A model generated the notes under the pieces. The model was not told the origin of the DNA and did no database searches. It saw only the letters and a list, made by a program, of their open reading frames with translations. Of a DNA stretch of 64,000 nucleotides, positions 47,266 to 61,122 are shown one piece after another (the first letter of the stretch is position 1; the number at the start of each line of letters is the position of its first letter). Made by a program: the position numbers and the translations under genes. The DNA is from Adineta vaga (Eukaryota > Animalia > Rotifera), in NCBI GenBank assembly GCA_021613535.1, contig CP075492.1, positions 8,990,001 through 9,054,000 of the forward strand, in the 5' to 3' direction.

Positions 47266-48723
47266 ATGGCATCGAATACGAAACTTCGAGTAACAGTTAC
47301 GTTGCAACCATCAGGAAAATCAAGTGTTCTAATGGTTCAAACCCTAGATGATCTTCTTCGACAATGTTCATCAAAATTTCGTATTAAAGCTCGTCGAATT
47401 TTCTTTTCAACTACGGCAGAAGAATTACTTACAGATTTAACGGGAGTTTCCAATGATACGAAATTAATTGTTACTTGTGGTGATACATATACTCTAGGAA
47501 ATCTATCATCCACAACAAAAGTAAAAACTTCAATCGATCCATCATCCGTTTCTATACAAATTATTGCCAATAGAACACTGATTGAAGATACAGCTGTTGA
47601 TCAACTGAAAAATGTCGCACGAATCTATGCACGTGTCAAACATATCTGGGGTATGCCTGATTTGCATCTTGGTCAATCAACACCGATTGGTTGTGTTGTT
47701 GCTACTGAACCATCTATTGTCTATCCTGAATTAATTGGTTCTGATATTGGTTGTGGTATGAGTTTTGTTCGCACATCTTTACGTCTCGTATATGAAGATG
47801 ATGAAAGAAAATTAACAAAATGGACTAAACAATTGCAAGGTCTTGATGATTATTTATCAAAAGAAAAGATTAAACAATTTCTTCAATCGGAACTTGAATG
47901 GCCAACAACAGTTACGCAAGTAAATACAGATTATTCGGAAAATGAACAATTAGGTACCATTGGAGCTGGTAATCATTTTGTTGAATTACAACGAATCGAA
48001 GAATTATATGATGAAAAGTATGGACAATTATCAAAAGATTCTCTTTATCTTCTTGTACATTCGGGAAGTCGTAGTTTGGGTGAGAAATTTTTGCGTGAAT
48101 TTGGTAAAGGCACAGATGAAACACGTGGATTAGAAAAGGGTACGGACGCTTATGAAATCTATATGAATAAACACGATGAAGCATGCGCATGGGCAAAACG
48201 AAATCGTGCTCTCATCGCACAACGTTTTCTTGCATGTCTTGGGGATTCGACTTCTGGACAATGTCTTGTTGATATTTGGCATAATAATGTTGTTTTAAAA
48301 GAATTATCTTCGGATAAATCTCAAGTACATCTTCATCGTAAAGGTGCTGCACCATCTGATAAGGGTCTTGTTGTTATTCCTGGTAGTCGTGGTACACATT
48401 CCTATCTTGTGGAACCTATTGAAATTAATCAAGAATCATCCGGTTATTCTTTGGCACATGGCGCTGGTCGTGCAATGTCTCGTTCAAAAGCTCGTCAATA
48501 TTTCAGTGAAAAATATCCTGATATCAATCGGTTGAAAATAACTGAAAGTTTAGATTCACATGTCGTTTGTGATGATAAACAATTACTATTTGAAGAACAT
48601 CCACAAGCCTATAAAACGATCGATGCTGTCATTGATGATCTTGTTGAAGCAAAATTGATTCGAGTGCTTGCAAAAATGAGACCTTTAATTACATATAAAA
48701 CACGTTTAACACATCACGAATAA
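47266..48723 (+). CDS. RtcB-family RNA ligase of the release-factor-H-coupled (RtcB2) type, with N-terminal DCX/ubiquitin-like domain; intronless
   Basis: GMPDLH, YPELIGSDIGCGM, LGTIGAGNHFVELQ, LVHSGSR, WHN, HRKGAAP, VVIPGSRG, SLAHGAGR; metal ligands and guanylylated His present. Confidence 0.92.
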   Translation: MASNTKLRVTVTLQPSGKSSVLMVQTLDDLLRQCSSKFRIKARRIFFSTTAEELLTDLTGVSNDTKLIVTCGDTYTLGNLSSTTKVKTSIDPSSVSIQIIANRTLIEDTAVDQLKNVARIYARVKHIWGMPDLHLGQSTPIGCVVATEPSIVYPELIGSDIGCGMSFVRTSLRLVYEDDERKLTKWTKQLQGLDDYLSKEKIKQFLQSELEWPTTVTQVNTDYSENEQLGTIGAGNHFVELQRIEELYDEKYGQLSKDSLYLLVHSGSRSLGEKFLREFGKGTDETRGLEKGTDAYEIYMNKHDEACAWAKRNRALIAQRFLACLGDSTSGQCLVDIWHNNVVLKELSSDKSQVHLHRKGAAPSDKGLVVIPGSRGTHSYLVEPIEINQESSGYSLAHGAGRAMSRSKARQYFSEKYPDINRLKITESLDSHVVCDDKQLLFEEHPQAYKTIDAVIDDLVEAKLIRVLAKMRPLITYKTRLTHHE

Positions 48724-48769
48724 CTTCTTTGTTTCTAGATAGAATTTTTCTTTATCAAATATTCATACA

Positions 48770-50699
<1,930 letters not shown>

Positions 50700-51100
50700 A
50701 TATTGTTACTATGAGTCTATTTCTTTGTATATCTTTATTGTATAGTGTTGAATCTCTGTTAGAACTTCAGACAATGAATGTCAATAAAATAAATTAGCTT
50801 CTAAAAGTCGCTTGGACTGAATGCAATCTCTTTTGCAAATATACGTGCATATATGATTAGTATTGAATTTTAATTAAAATAATCAAAGGCATGGTTCCTT
50901 TCATTCAGAATAGATAATGATAAACATGATCCATATTTTTCCGAATACGAGCGAATGTTGTATGGCGAATAATAGTCTTCTCTTTCAACAGAATTTTTAA
51001 ACGAACCAATCCTATTCCAATTGAAAAAGTCATATATTTAAATATTCATATAAGCAAACAATAAATTGTTAATTTTTACGTTGTTTTTTTTCGAATAAAT

Positions 51101-52273
51101 ATGATTACAAAAAGAATCATTTCTCATAGTTTGTGCTCACACGTCACCATGATCTTTTATGTCTTACTTTCCAGTGTTCTTGTACATTCTTTTCAAATAC
51201 CTTTCATTGATCAAACCGTTTTAATTCCAAAATCCACACCCAAAACTACTATTATTACAAATCAAACCTGTAGCCAATGCCTCTGTCAATTCAACTCGGC
51301 GCATATAGGTCTAAATTGTTTTCCAAATGATACATGTCAATTTTTTCAGTCGTATCCACGTGTTTATACAATGGAAAACTTATTGGCAGCGCGTCACTAC
51401 TTTCTGCAACATATTTTTCCGAATTCAAGTGAATGTTGTATGGCAAATGACAGTTATCTCTTTGGTCAACTCAGTGTAGCCTCACCAATATTTGTCACTG
51501 TGACGAAACCTCGTTGTCTTATTATCGACAATGATGGATATCTAGTGACATTTTCTCAAACAACTAACAATATTATTCGTTTAAATCCAACAAATTTATC
51601 CATCATTAATCAACCAATTTCTCCAATATTTCCTAATTGGCCAAATAGTATTGTATATTACGATAATGCATACTATGTTGGATTCGATCGTTATGTTCTA
51701 GTTTTACATACCAGTAATTTCAGTATACTCGCTAACATCACATCACCATCGTTAGATTTAAGTCGTGATATAACGTTACTTCATGATGGACAAATTATGG
51801 TAGTTTTATCTACCGGAAATAATCGTATTTTATTTTTTAATCGAACTAATAACATCTCGAAAAATTATATTTATGTCAATCAGCAGTTAGTTGCTTGTCA
51901 ATCACCGCATGGACTATGGCATGTCAATGATAGTTATTTTTACATAACATCATGGGCAACCAATAGTATTTATTCATATTCAGCTACGAACACTAGTTTC
52001 ATATGGACTGAACAATTTTTTATTAATGCCAGTTCTATTACATCATCACAAAATGGCAATCATGTGACCGTGGATAATTGCAATCGTTATTGGTTCTCAT
52101 TAGGATCAAATGGCATACGTATTTTCAACGAACAAAGAATACTAATAAAAAACTTTACTGGAATTACTTCATTTGTTTTTGATATACTTATCACTGATGA
52201 ATATGTAATGTATATCTCAGATTCGATTGCCAACAAGATATTTCGTATCGATTTAAACACTACATGTTTGTAA
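51101..52273 (+). CDS. Secreted protein with Cys-rich N-terminal module and NHL-like beta-propeller; intronless
   Basis: Hydrophobic signal segment; TCSQCLC...LNCFPNDTCQ; PRCL, PHGL and YISDSIANKIFR blade motifs; many NxS/T sites. Confidence 0.7.
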   Translation: MITKRIISHSLCSHVTMIFYVLLSSVLVHSFQIPFIDQTVLIPKSTPKTTIITNQTCSQCLCQFNSAHIGLNCFPNDTCQFFQSYPRVYTMENLLAARHYFLQHIFPNSSECCMANDSYLFGQLSVASPIFVTVTKPRCLIIDNDGYLVTFSQTTNNIIRLNPTNLSIINQPISPIFPNWPNSIVYYDNAYYVGFDRYVLVLHTSNFSILANITSPSLDLSRDITLLHDGQIMVVLSTGNNRILFFNRTNNISKNYIYVNQQLVACQSPHGLWHVNDSYFYITSWATNSIYSYSATNTSFIWTEQFFINASSITSSQNGNHVTVDNCNRYWFSLGSNGIRIFNEQRILIKNFTGITSFVFDILITDEYVMYISDSIANKIFRIDLNTTCL

Positions 52274-52460
52274 AAACTGAAAGTGTCTTTTCATGAGGTC
52301 TTAATCAAAAGAATTCTTTCCAAATAAAATATATTCATTGCATTTGTTCGTTCATGATGATCTATATAGAACGATAAATTTGACCGTGTCGGTTATAGTT
52401 AAGTCTATACAGAAAAGAAAAAGAAAGGGACCTAGTGAACTTGTGTAAAAGTAAAACAGA

Positions 52461-54140
52461 ATGATTATCTTCACCATGTCGATAAGTTTATTTGAAAATA
52501 TCGACCAAAAATGTATTTGTACAATATTTGAGTATCTTGATGGTTGTGATATTTATTATGCATTTTCAAATCTTAATCAATATTTTGAATCTCTTCTCAA
52601 TTCATCATCATTTGCATGGAAATTCAATTATCATTGGTTACCATCGAATGATCTATATTTCAATATTTATCAACAATTGTTGCTGAAATACAAACATCAT
52701 TTATGTTCATTTCGTCTATGGTCATCGTTATGGAAAAACGCTTTTTTCTCCTCATTTTCAATCGATACGTCATTGAACCACCTTAAATCACTTGTTATCG
52801 ATATTATTCCACCATCAACACTTATTTCATTATTATCAACGTCACTAGTTAATCTTATCTCATTAACTATCCATACTGGACGAACATTTAATAATTTAGG
52901 TGAAATTTATCAATTAATTATCGCATTACCGAAATTGAAATATCTTAAATTCTTTGCAAATACATTCTCTACATATATCTCTTTGCAAATTGTAGGTGAC
53001 CATTATAGTAATATTCAATATTTAATTATTCAACATGATTGTACTTTTTATGAACTCTGTAATTTAATATCTTATATGCCTAAACTTTGTCATCTTAGTT
53101 TAATGAATTTACTTGAAAGTGATTCAAATAATAATGAAATTATATTACCAATTGGTTATCCTAATTTAACGTATTTATCAATCGAACAAATGCATATTAG
53201 TTATGATGATTTTGAAATGCTACTTATGGAAACAGAATGTAGTTTACAAGTTTTACACATGACGGTTTTCTCATCATGTAAAGATTATCTTGATGCAGAT
53301 CGATGGGAAGACTTGATTTGTAATTATTTACCAGATTTAAAACAATTCGATTTAAAATGTTATGAAAATATTGATCTGAAATCAGGATTTTTAGTCAATT
53401 TCACTCCAGCAGATTCGTTTAATTCATCTTTTTGGAATGAACAAAGATGGGTATTAGAAGTGATGATGAATTCTGGCAAAATTGTCTATACAGTTCAATC
53501 ATATAAGTATATTCAACAAAACAAATTTTTCATATCAAACGAATTGTTTTTGTTTAGAGAAAGATGGTATGATGATGATGATATTTTTGAAGATATTTCT
53601 GATTGTACACAACTTCTTTTTACAAATGTTTATAAAAATGATTATCCATCAATTTTAAATTTAATTCTTCGTGATTTATTATCAGTGACACAGATTTATC
53701 ATTTGCAAATCCTTGAAGGAATCCTCGATGTTAATCTATTAATGAAATTGTTGTATCAATTACCTACACTTAAGACTTTGAAGATATCTTCTTTAGCATT
53801 AATCCCTACTGAATATTCGTTGATCGAGAAGAAAAATAATATTACCAAAGTTTATATGAAAAATATGTGTTCCATTATTGAAGTTTATTTTCTTATGAAG
53901 CTTTGTCCTCGAATTACATATCTAAAAGTCGATTTACCTGATCATATCCATACGGAATCGTTTGTCAAGAATATTGTGAATAATAAAAAAAATCATTATC
54001 TTCGAACATTATGTATTCATTCGTCAAGAACAGATGATATTACTACAGAAAAATTGAAAGTGATGATCAATGATGAGAAATTACTTGATGAATTTGTTAT
54101 TCAATCTGTAATCGACAATATATTTTTACGATGGAAATGA
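52461..54140 (+). CDS. F-box/LRR-like protein of a rotifer-expanded family
   Basis: IFEYLDGCDIYYAFSNLNQYF (F-box-like start), LxxLxxL repeats, YLDADRWEDLI..YLP.LKQF, FW...W. Confidence 0.75.
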   Translation: MIIFTMSISLFENIDQKCICTIFEYLDGCDIYYAFSNLNQYFESLLNSSSFAWKFNYHWLPSNDLYFNIYQQLLLKYKHHLCSFRLWSSLWKNAFFSSFSIDTSLNHLKSLVIDIIPPSTLISLLSTSLVNLISLTIHTGRTFNNLGEIYQLIIALPKLKYLKFFANTFSTYISLQIVGDHYSNIQYLIIQHDCTFYELCNLISYMPKLCHLSLMNLLESDSNNNEIILPIGYPNLTYLSIEQMHISYDDFEMLLMETECSLQVLHMTVFSSCKDYLDADRWEDLICNYLPDLKQFDLKCYENIDLKSGFLVNFTPADSFNSSFWNEQRWVLEVMMNSGKIVYTVQSYKYIQQNKFFISNELFLFRERWYDDDDIFEDISDCTQLLFTNVYKNDYPSILNLILRDLLSVTQIYHLQILEGILDVNLLMKLLYQLPTLKTLKISSLALIPTEYSLIEKKNNITKVYMKNMCSIIEVYFLMKLCPRITYLKVDLPDHIHTESFVKNIVNNKKNHYLRTLCIHSSRTDDITTEKLKVMINDEKLLDEFVIQSVIDNIFLRWK

Positions 54141-54968
54141 TTTTTTTGTGTCTATTTTCGATTTGAAATTTTAAATAAACGTCTGTTACAAAGAACTATT
54201 CGTATCTTCTTGATGGAATCGTCAGTTTTCTTTAACAAACATTCGAGTTTATCTGGGTGAAAGTAAAGTGGTTGGAAGAATTACGAGGAAAAAAGACCAT
54301 GTTATTGTTTCTCTTGGTTTAAAAATTGAAAAAATAAATTATGCTATTTCATTTCTTTCGTTCTTCTCATAACATATTTTTTAGATGCTTTTTTCCGAAA
54401 GATTTATAGTTGGAAGAATGCATTGATGTTTATTTTCCATTAACAGTATGTAACGTTTTCATGTGCAAAAGTGTAGTAGGTAGCCTTAAACGTTCGAGAA
54501 AAAGAGAATATGTTGTTTCTGTCAAACCATTGAAAATATTATTCGTAGATACGCAAAAGAATTTCTATTCGAGTTGCCGTGTTTTGTTTTTCAGACGAAC
54601 ACTTTATTCTTTTTTTCTTATTTCGCATCACTACTGTGTAGTTATATTCAGAGTGACGAGCCTTTGAAAGAAGCATACAGGTATTGTAGTGTTAAACTGG
54701 AAGTTTGAATTCAATTGAAATCAGCTTTCAAGCTCTACATGTATGGAGGCGCTTTGTAGTGAACTTGTAAAGTCTCAATATACCCTAGGTTCTGTCGCAA
54801 GGGACACTTGATCAGGCATCTATACGTCTAGAACGATAGTGGAATTACATAGAAAAGAAATAAAGCGAAGTTTTGTTTTTTTACATATTGCTCCATCAGA
54901 CTTTTTTGAAATGCAGTATATGAAACTACGATTCGGTCGAATTTCAGATACTTCAATCAAATATAAGA

Positions 54969-55810
54969 ATGGCTATGTCTATGGATATCAATCGACGTCT
55001 TTTACAAAGTGTTCGTGAAGAACCAAAAAAAATGCTGATGCCACTATCTGGCTATGAGAATGTAACGGTAAAATCTCTTGAAGATGCATGTGAACCAATA
55101 AAAAATTTATTCGATCAAAAACTGAAGCAAAATATCAACATTACAAAGATGAATTCATCCGATCCTGAAGATAATTTGACTCCGGATGAATCAGCCGCCA
55201 TACATCTCTACACCATGGAATGGGACGTGCATGAAAAAAGCCTGTATATGATACTTAATCAAACACTTCGTTCGGCTGATCGTTCAAAGTTACAACCATG
55301 GTTTAAATACTTGAAATTATTTCTAACAGCATTTTTCAAATTACCGTGAGTAAAACAGCTTGTCTCATTATCTGCCATGGTTTCGTTCTGTATTAGATCA
55401 AGTGAGCACACACTTGTTTGACGTGGTGTTCGTGAAGATCTGAGTGCACTTTATCCAAAGGGCAAAGAATTCGCTTGGTGGGCACTCAGTTCTTGCACTA
55501 CTTCAATTGAAGTGCTAGAATCACCGAATTACTTGGGTAAATCTAGCACGAGAACGATTTTTTCCATACAAACCAATCGGGGAAAATCTGTTCGTATCCA
55601 TTCTTATTTCGAAAACGAAGACGAAGTACTTCTTCCACCAGGTATTTATCTTAGAGTGATTGGCAACATGAGTCCAGCTAGTGATTTACATATTATTCAT
55701 CTCCAAGAAATTGAGCCACCACATCAGATGCTAGCCGATCCTTTTGATTTAAGCCAATTAAAGCATACGTTATCAACAAAATCAACTACGCAAGCAACGC
55801 CGAAGAAAGG
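54969..55810 (+). pseudogene. NAD+-arginine ADP-ribosyltransferase (R-S-E clade) with in-frame TGA at 55419-55421
   Basis: DESAAIHLYT, SLY..LN..LR, YLKLFLTA, LV*RGV, WWALSSCT, SYFENEDEVLLPPG; intron about 55346-55396. Confidence 0.75.
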
Positions 55811-58800
55811 TAAGTAGATTTATTTTCCTTTTCGATGATAAATCATTAACTAAACGTTCGATAAGTGTATTTTTCTACATCTATTGTATATTGTATGTAC
55901 ATCTACAATTTGATTGAGCATTTTAGATGCCCATCTCCGCAAACTAATTATAACAAGATTAGATACATGTCTTCATTGTCAGTATATACTAGAAAAAGAT
56001 TTTTCAAAGGGTTTAGATTTGTTTAGAATGCGAAGATCAACTAAAATTTTCTCTTTTAAATTTTATACCGTATATAGACGCGCAGATTATCTTGTGTAGC
56101 TAAAACAAACATTAATTTTCAAATCTCTTTGCAACACAGTTGTCATATACTCAATTTAGATAGCTATTCTCGAAATCAGAAACACGTTGAAATTCGTTGT
56201 TTAGAACAACTGCCAATTGATGTACCAAAGAAAAAATCACCATATTCGGATAAAAAACTGGATAAAAACTATGCATTTACCTGAGACTTCTTACAAAACA
56301 CTTAGACATGAAACATTTCAGGAAAGATGAGTAGATATTACGAATAAAATTCTTGTTCTTGTTGTTCCTGTGCCATATCATGTTTCCTTACATTGATTTG
56401 GTAAACAATACTCATTAGATGATCAAATAAGCACACAAATTTGAAGGGACATCACACGTATTCACTATAGGAGTATTTTCAACTAAGATACAAATTTGCA
56501 AGTTTTGGCAAACGCAATCAGTATATGCAGACAGAATCATGCTCAAATTTATTCACTTTCCCGACAGTCTTTAGACAAGTAATAAATCAGAAAATTTTAT
56601 TCAAAAACGAAACAAAATTATCAGACGTTAATCTTTGTGCCGAATGTTATTATTATTCAATAAACATGGAATATATCATTTATTAGCTGATCTATGTTCT
56701 TGAATTGAGAACTCATATAATAAATGGTCTAATCTATGGCAATTGTCGTTAAAATCAAACGTTTGTTCTGTGATCTCAATCAACATTATTGATCTTGATT
56801 TTTTCGGCACTAAGTTGATAATATATGAAGAAAAGCATGATTGGTGTTTGATGATTTAAACTCTAGATGATTTCTGGATTATTAATAAGGATAATGTCTT
56901 TCCTTTATATCCAGCAAATTAGGTGAATAGAATCACTGGAGAGTATTTATTCAACTGTCATTACATTTTTGTGCTTATCTTGCTCTTCGCATTTCTTTCC
57001 ACAAAAAATTAATAGATGAATCATGTTTTGCTCTAAATTATTCATCTATGATGCAATTCACATCATACCGAGTGTTTAATAGTAATTAGTTTTAACAGGT
57101 TATTGATACTGAATATCAAACTGAGATTAGTACAGTACATTCCTTCTCAATGCAGTTTTCGAATTGTTTCGGTATCATTAGAAACATCAATCATCGTGAG
57201 CTAAGAAAAAGAACAGAACTTTGGAGTCAAATTGATTTTTCATTTGCCTCATAATAATTGTTTACGCTGATAACGTAACACTTTTCGTTTCCCGATGAAT
57301 AAAAAGTAAACCAGAAATGAATCGCAACTTTTCTTTATTCTTACGTCAACTTCTTCACAAATCACTTACCAACTTACCGTTATTGTGACAGCGATAAATG
57401 AGTAAACATATTTTATAAATCGTTCCTCAACCATCATATATACGAGCAAACGTAGCAATTTCGATAATCAAATCATCTGTTACAAAAATATGAATGAACA
57501 TATACCAACATGTTTCCTCATTAGCATCGTGATACTAACCTAGATGTTCCATCCCAATCTCTTTCATCGAATGAGTATAGAATGTGAGCATAATCTGCGT
57601 GTGCGTATGCATTTACGATGTCATTTCTCTTTTATATAAACGTAACCAATTGTTCATACGCATGATCCTACAAGTGAAAACACGCTTAGTGCGCATTGTT
57701 TATTTCTCACAACATACATCAATCAAAAAAAACTGAAGCATCTTTCGTTCTATATGATAAAACTAACGAAAGAAGTCTTGATTGATTACATTCAATTTCC
57801 TTCGGAATATCGGTCAACCAGCATCCTATTTTCACTAGCGGAGAATGACCACAGAAAATAAACAGACCCTTGCCAATTGTACTTGTTTAATACAATTATT
57901 TCCCGCACCCATTAAAATGGCTAATTTCTGCTATTTGTTTCCAACTCACCAAAACAAGTGAACAGAACAGTTATGAGAACTATTCAGGAGCCAAAATACC
58001 TCAATTGATTGAAAGAGCTTTTTTATCACTACATAATGGGAACAAAATAGACAAACATGGCATCCTATGCGAATGTGATGATAATCGCTCCTAAATTGGA
58101 AAATGGTGGTTATGTATTATGGACTTATTTTTGAAAGAGTGAAGTGCGACCACAAGTTTTTATTTAATTAATAAAGTACGACTATTCGAGTAATTTAGCT
58201 CTAAAGTTCCGAGCATAGAATGTTTGGTGAAGAATCAGTTTTGATTTCTCACTTTTTTTAGGTATGGTTATTTCTGTGTAGAAATAGTTTTATTTTTTTT
58301 ATCAAGTATCGTTTTTCAATGTTTCTCAAAATACGAGCATTTAAACAATAATATCTGGATGCTGGGTACAGGTATTCATGTAAAAGTGTTTCCTTTTTCA
58401 AGAAGATCACGGCGATGATGACGTTGTATTGTTTGTTAGGATACTTTTCACGATCACAATGGACAGTAAAGTACACAACTGAAAATATGCACCTAAACAA
58501 ATCACTGCACATACATCAAGGAGTTTTTCTGAAGTGTATACTTTGTACAGATTGCTCAAATTCTTCGACAACAAAAAGGGCAGATGTGGAATTATTTTGT
58601 CACAAGAGACGCGGAACTCTGTAATCAGTCTAACGTGAAGGAAATGAACTTCGTTTTTCTGTTGTTGTGGTAGGTGAATCGATTATTGAGATTTTTAAAT
58701 CCCAGTTGTTTCGTTTGAAAGATTCTTGTAGTACTGGAACTAAGGTTCTGACGGAAGAACATGTCAATGTAAAAATCCTCTTTATTTACCTGAAAACAAA

Positions 58801-59636
58801 AAATAGTCAGCAATGTCTCTCATTAGAGTTATTTGTCTATTAATCTTAATTGAAAGATTTATATAGGTTACAATATATCATCAGTCATTGTAATAAGTAG
58901 CAACTGATCACTATTCATTAAAACACTAGAACACGTGAAAGACGAACGATGAACAAATTTTTGATGCTAAGTAATCTTAATATTAAGGATTCTTTTTTAA
59001 ATGGTTTCGTCAATACGATATTGATCATTCATTCTTTCACAATGCCGTTTCTACGTAGGACATTAATTGTTACCTATGTTTGCTATTATATTGTGTAGAC
59101 AGTGCTTAACTATCAATCAGTTTACACAATTTAGAGTATCGTGACACAAAAGTCAAATATATTTTTCAGTAACTCGTATTGAAGAAAACAAATACAGATT
59201 CTAAATATCAATAAACACAATGGACCGTCTGTATAGACGTGTATGTTTATATAAATATATACCATAGCTACTATACGATGAGAACAACAACAACAATAAT
59301 AATTCTACAGATGAGTGCTCGAACAAAATGGAATTATATAACAATCAAAAGCGAAGAAACACTCAAACAGTACCGTCACAGGGAGCCGCCCCTTCTGCTT
59401 TTGAAAAGTTTGATTTTTCTCTCACTTTTATCTATAGCCCCTTGCTTTTACCTCTTCGCGCCTCCCTTGCTATACACGCACACATTTATCTTTATATGAC
59501 GACTATCGATAGTAATTTTCTAGAAAAACTGCACAAATGCTGATAATGAATATTAATCTTTCAGTTGGTCCAAACAATTGAAAACTATATTTAAGTCTTG
59601 ATTATTCATCGAAAAAAAACAAATTTAATAAAGCAT

Positions 59637-60697
59637 TTATTTTAAGAAAAGAAATGGCGTTTCTTCAGTATTCAAGAAATCGAGAAATACTTGAATGAAA
59701 AATAGACCATCTTTAACATAAACACTTTTTGGATCAGTAAGATAATGAAGTGGATAAAACTTCAATATTCCATATTGATCATTCTTTTCGCTTGTTGGTC
59801 GAACAAATGCAGAAGAATTTAAATCTGGTATCAAAATATGTCCAATATGTTTATTTTGATTAGATTGATCCAATAATAGAAGATGAATATTGTGAGGAAA
59901 TGGAAATGGTATCAGATTATCATACTGTCCACTATGAAGAGTAACGAAAATTGACAGATATTCTTCATTGAATTCAATTGTTGAACATACACGAATTGTT
60001 AAAATGTAACCATATTCTGAAGTTCTAAATTTGAATGAATCAGTTGAAAAGGGAACAGTAGTTTGGAAACTGAAGCAACATATAATAGTCGATTTATTAT
60101 CGAGAATGAAAACTTATTTGTTTTCGAACGTTCGTTTAATATTCTCTAATTCAATCTCAGAATTTGTTTGCATTGCTGTTAATTCTTGAATACGTTGATC
60201 ATTGTCATGGTTTTGTTTCTTTATATCCTTAATTTTTACAAGATTTCGTTCGATATCAAGGCGTATCTGATCCATATCTGATTTCAAACGGCTTTGATCA
60301 GAAAATAAAATTTCTACTACTGACAGAATGGTATTTATAGATGTTTGAACATGATCAAATTCTTTTTTTATCACTTCCGAATTATTTTCATTAATTGATT
60401 GCTGAATAATATACTCATAGATAAATACAAGTAAGAATTGTTGATGTTTATCATTGAGGTAATGCATGTTCATATCATGCCATTTAACCTAAAACAAAGA
60501 TATTCAACTACAATCGCAAAATACAATTTCTTGGCACACCATTGACATAGAACCACACCACAGCATCGAAGTTGATGTGGATATAGCAGCAGTAATTTAC
60601 ATATATTGCAAATAAGCTTCAAATCGATCTCATTCAGATTTTTGGCTTGAAGTCCTCCGAAAAGATCAAGCCTCCTATTGGATATATAGCCTGACAT
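59637..60697 (-). pseudogene. TRAF-like gene (partial RING, coiled coil, MATH domain), apparently degenerate
   Basis: LICNICKLLLLYPHQLRCCG..LC..C; coiled coil; GYILTIR, YLSIFVTL, GQYDNLIPFPF, LLDQS, AFVRP, YVKDG; AT instead of GT at the donor (60117) and a phase mismatch after the RING. Confidence 0.65.
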
Positions 60698-61122
60698 ACA
60701 AAGTCTAAGAAGAAGCGAAAAGTTCAGTTTAATAATCAATATCTGCTGAAACATAGAAGCAGTTTCTCTGAGAAGAATCAAATTCCTTTTTTTTAAGTAA
60801 AAAATTACGCCATATGCTGTGAGACTTTCAAATGATTTTTTTATATGAAGTTAATATAGCTATTGAAAGGATATATCTTTTAACAACGAAGATATAAGAA
60901 TAAAAATAATGTGTAAGAATAGTTTATAACTTCAGAAAAAAAAGAAAAAGAATGTTATACAATATACTGCTATGTAGCTCCCTCTGTATATAGAGAATAT
61001 AAATTATTTTTATCGATTCTATCTAATATCGATGTAAATATACGAATAAATTCAGTGATGGAGGCGCGCCCTTTACTTTCTTGAAGTTTTATAATTAATT
61101 CCTTTCTTTCAATCTTCTCTAG

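Noticed and set aside
47252-48743. 8-bp direct repeat TAGATAGA flanking RtcB2 (47252-47259 and 48736-48743) as a target-site duplication
   Set aside because: Better explained by the shared AG|AT acceptor motif in AT-rich DNA; an old insertion would not be expected to keep a TSD
55419-55421. Selenocysteine recoding of the ART TGA
   Set aside because: The position is a Trp in the family, not a Cys, and no SECIS was evident
58258-59543. Several short ORFs in slightly GC-richer DNA
   Set aside because: No recognisable domain in the frames examined; may be a decayed gene or TE but cannot be supported
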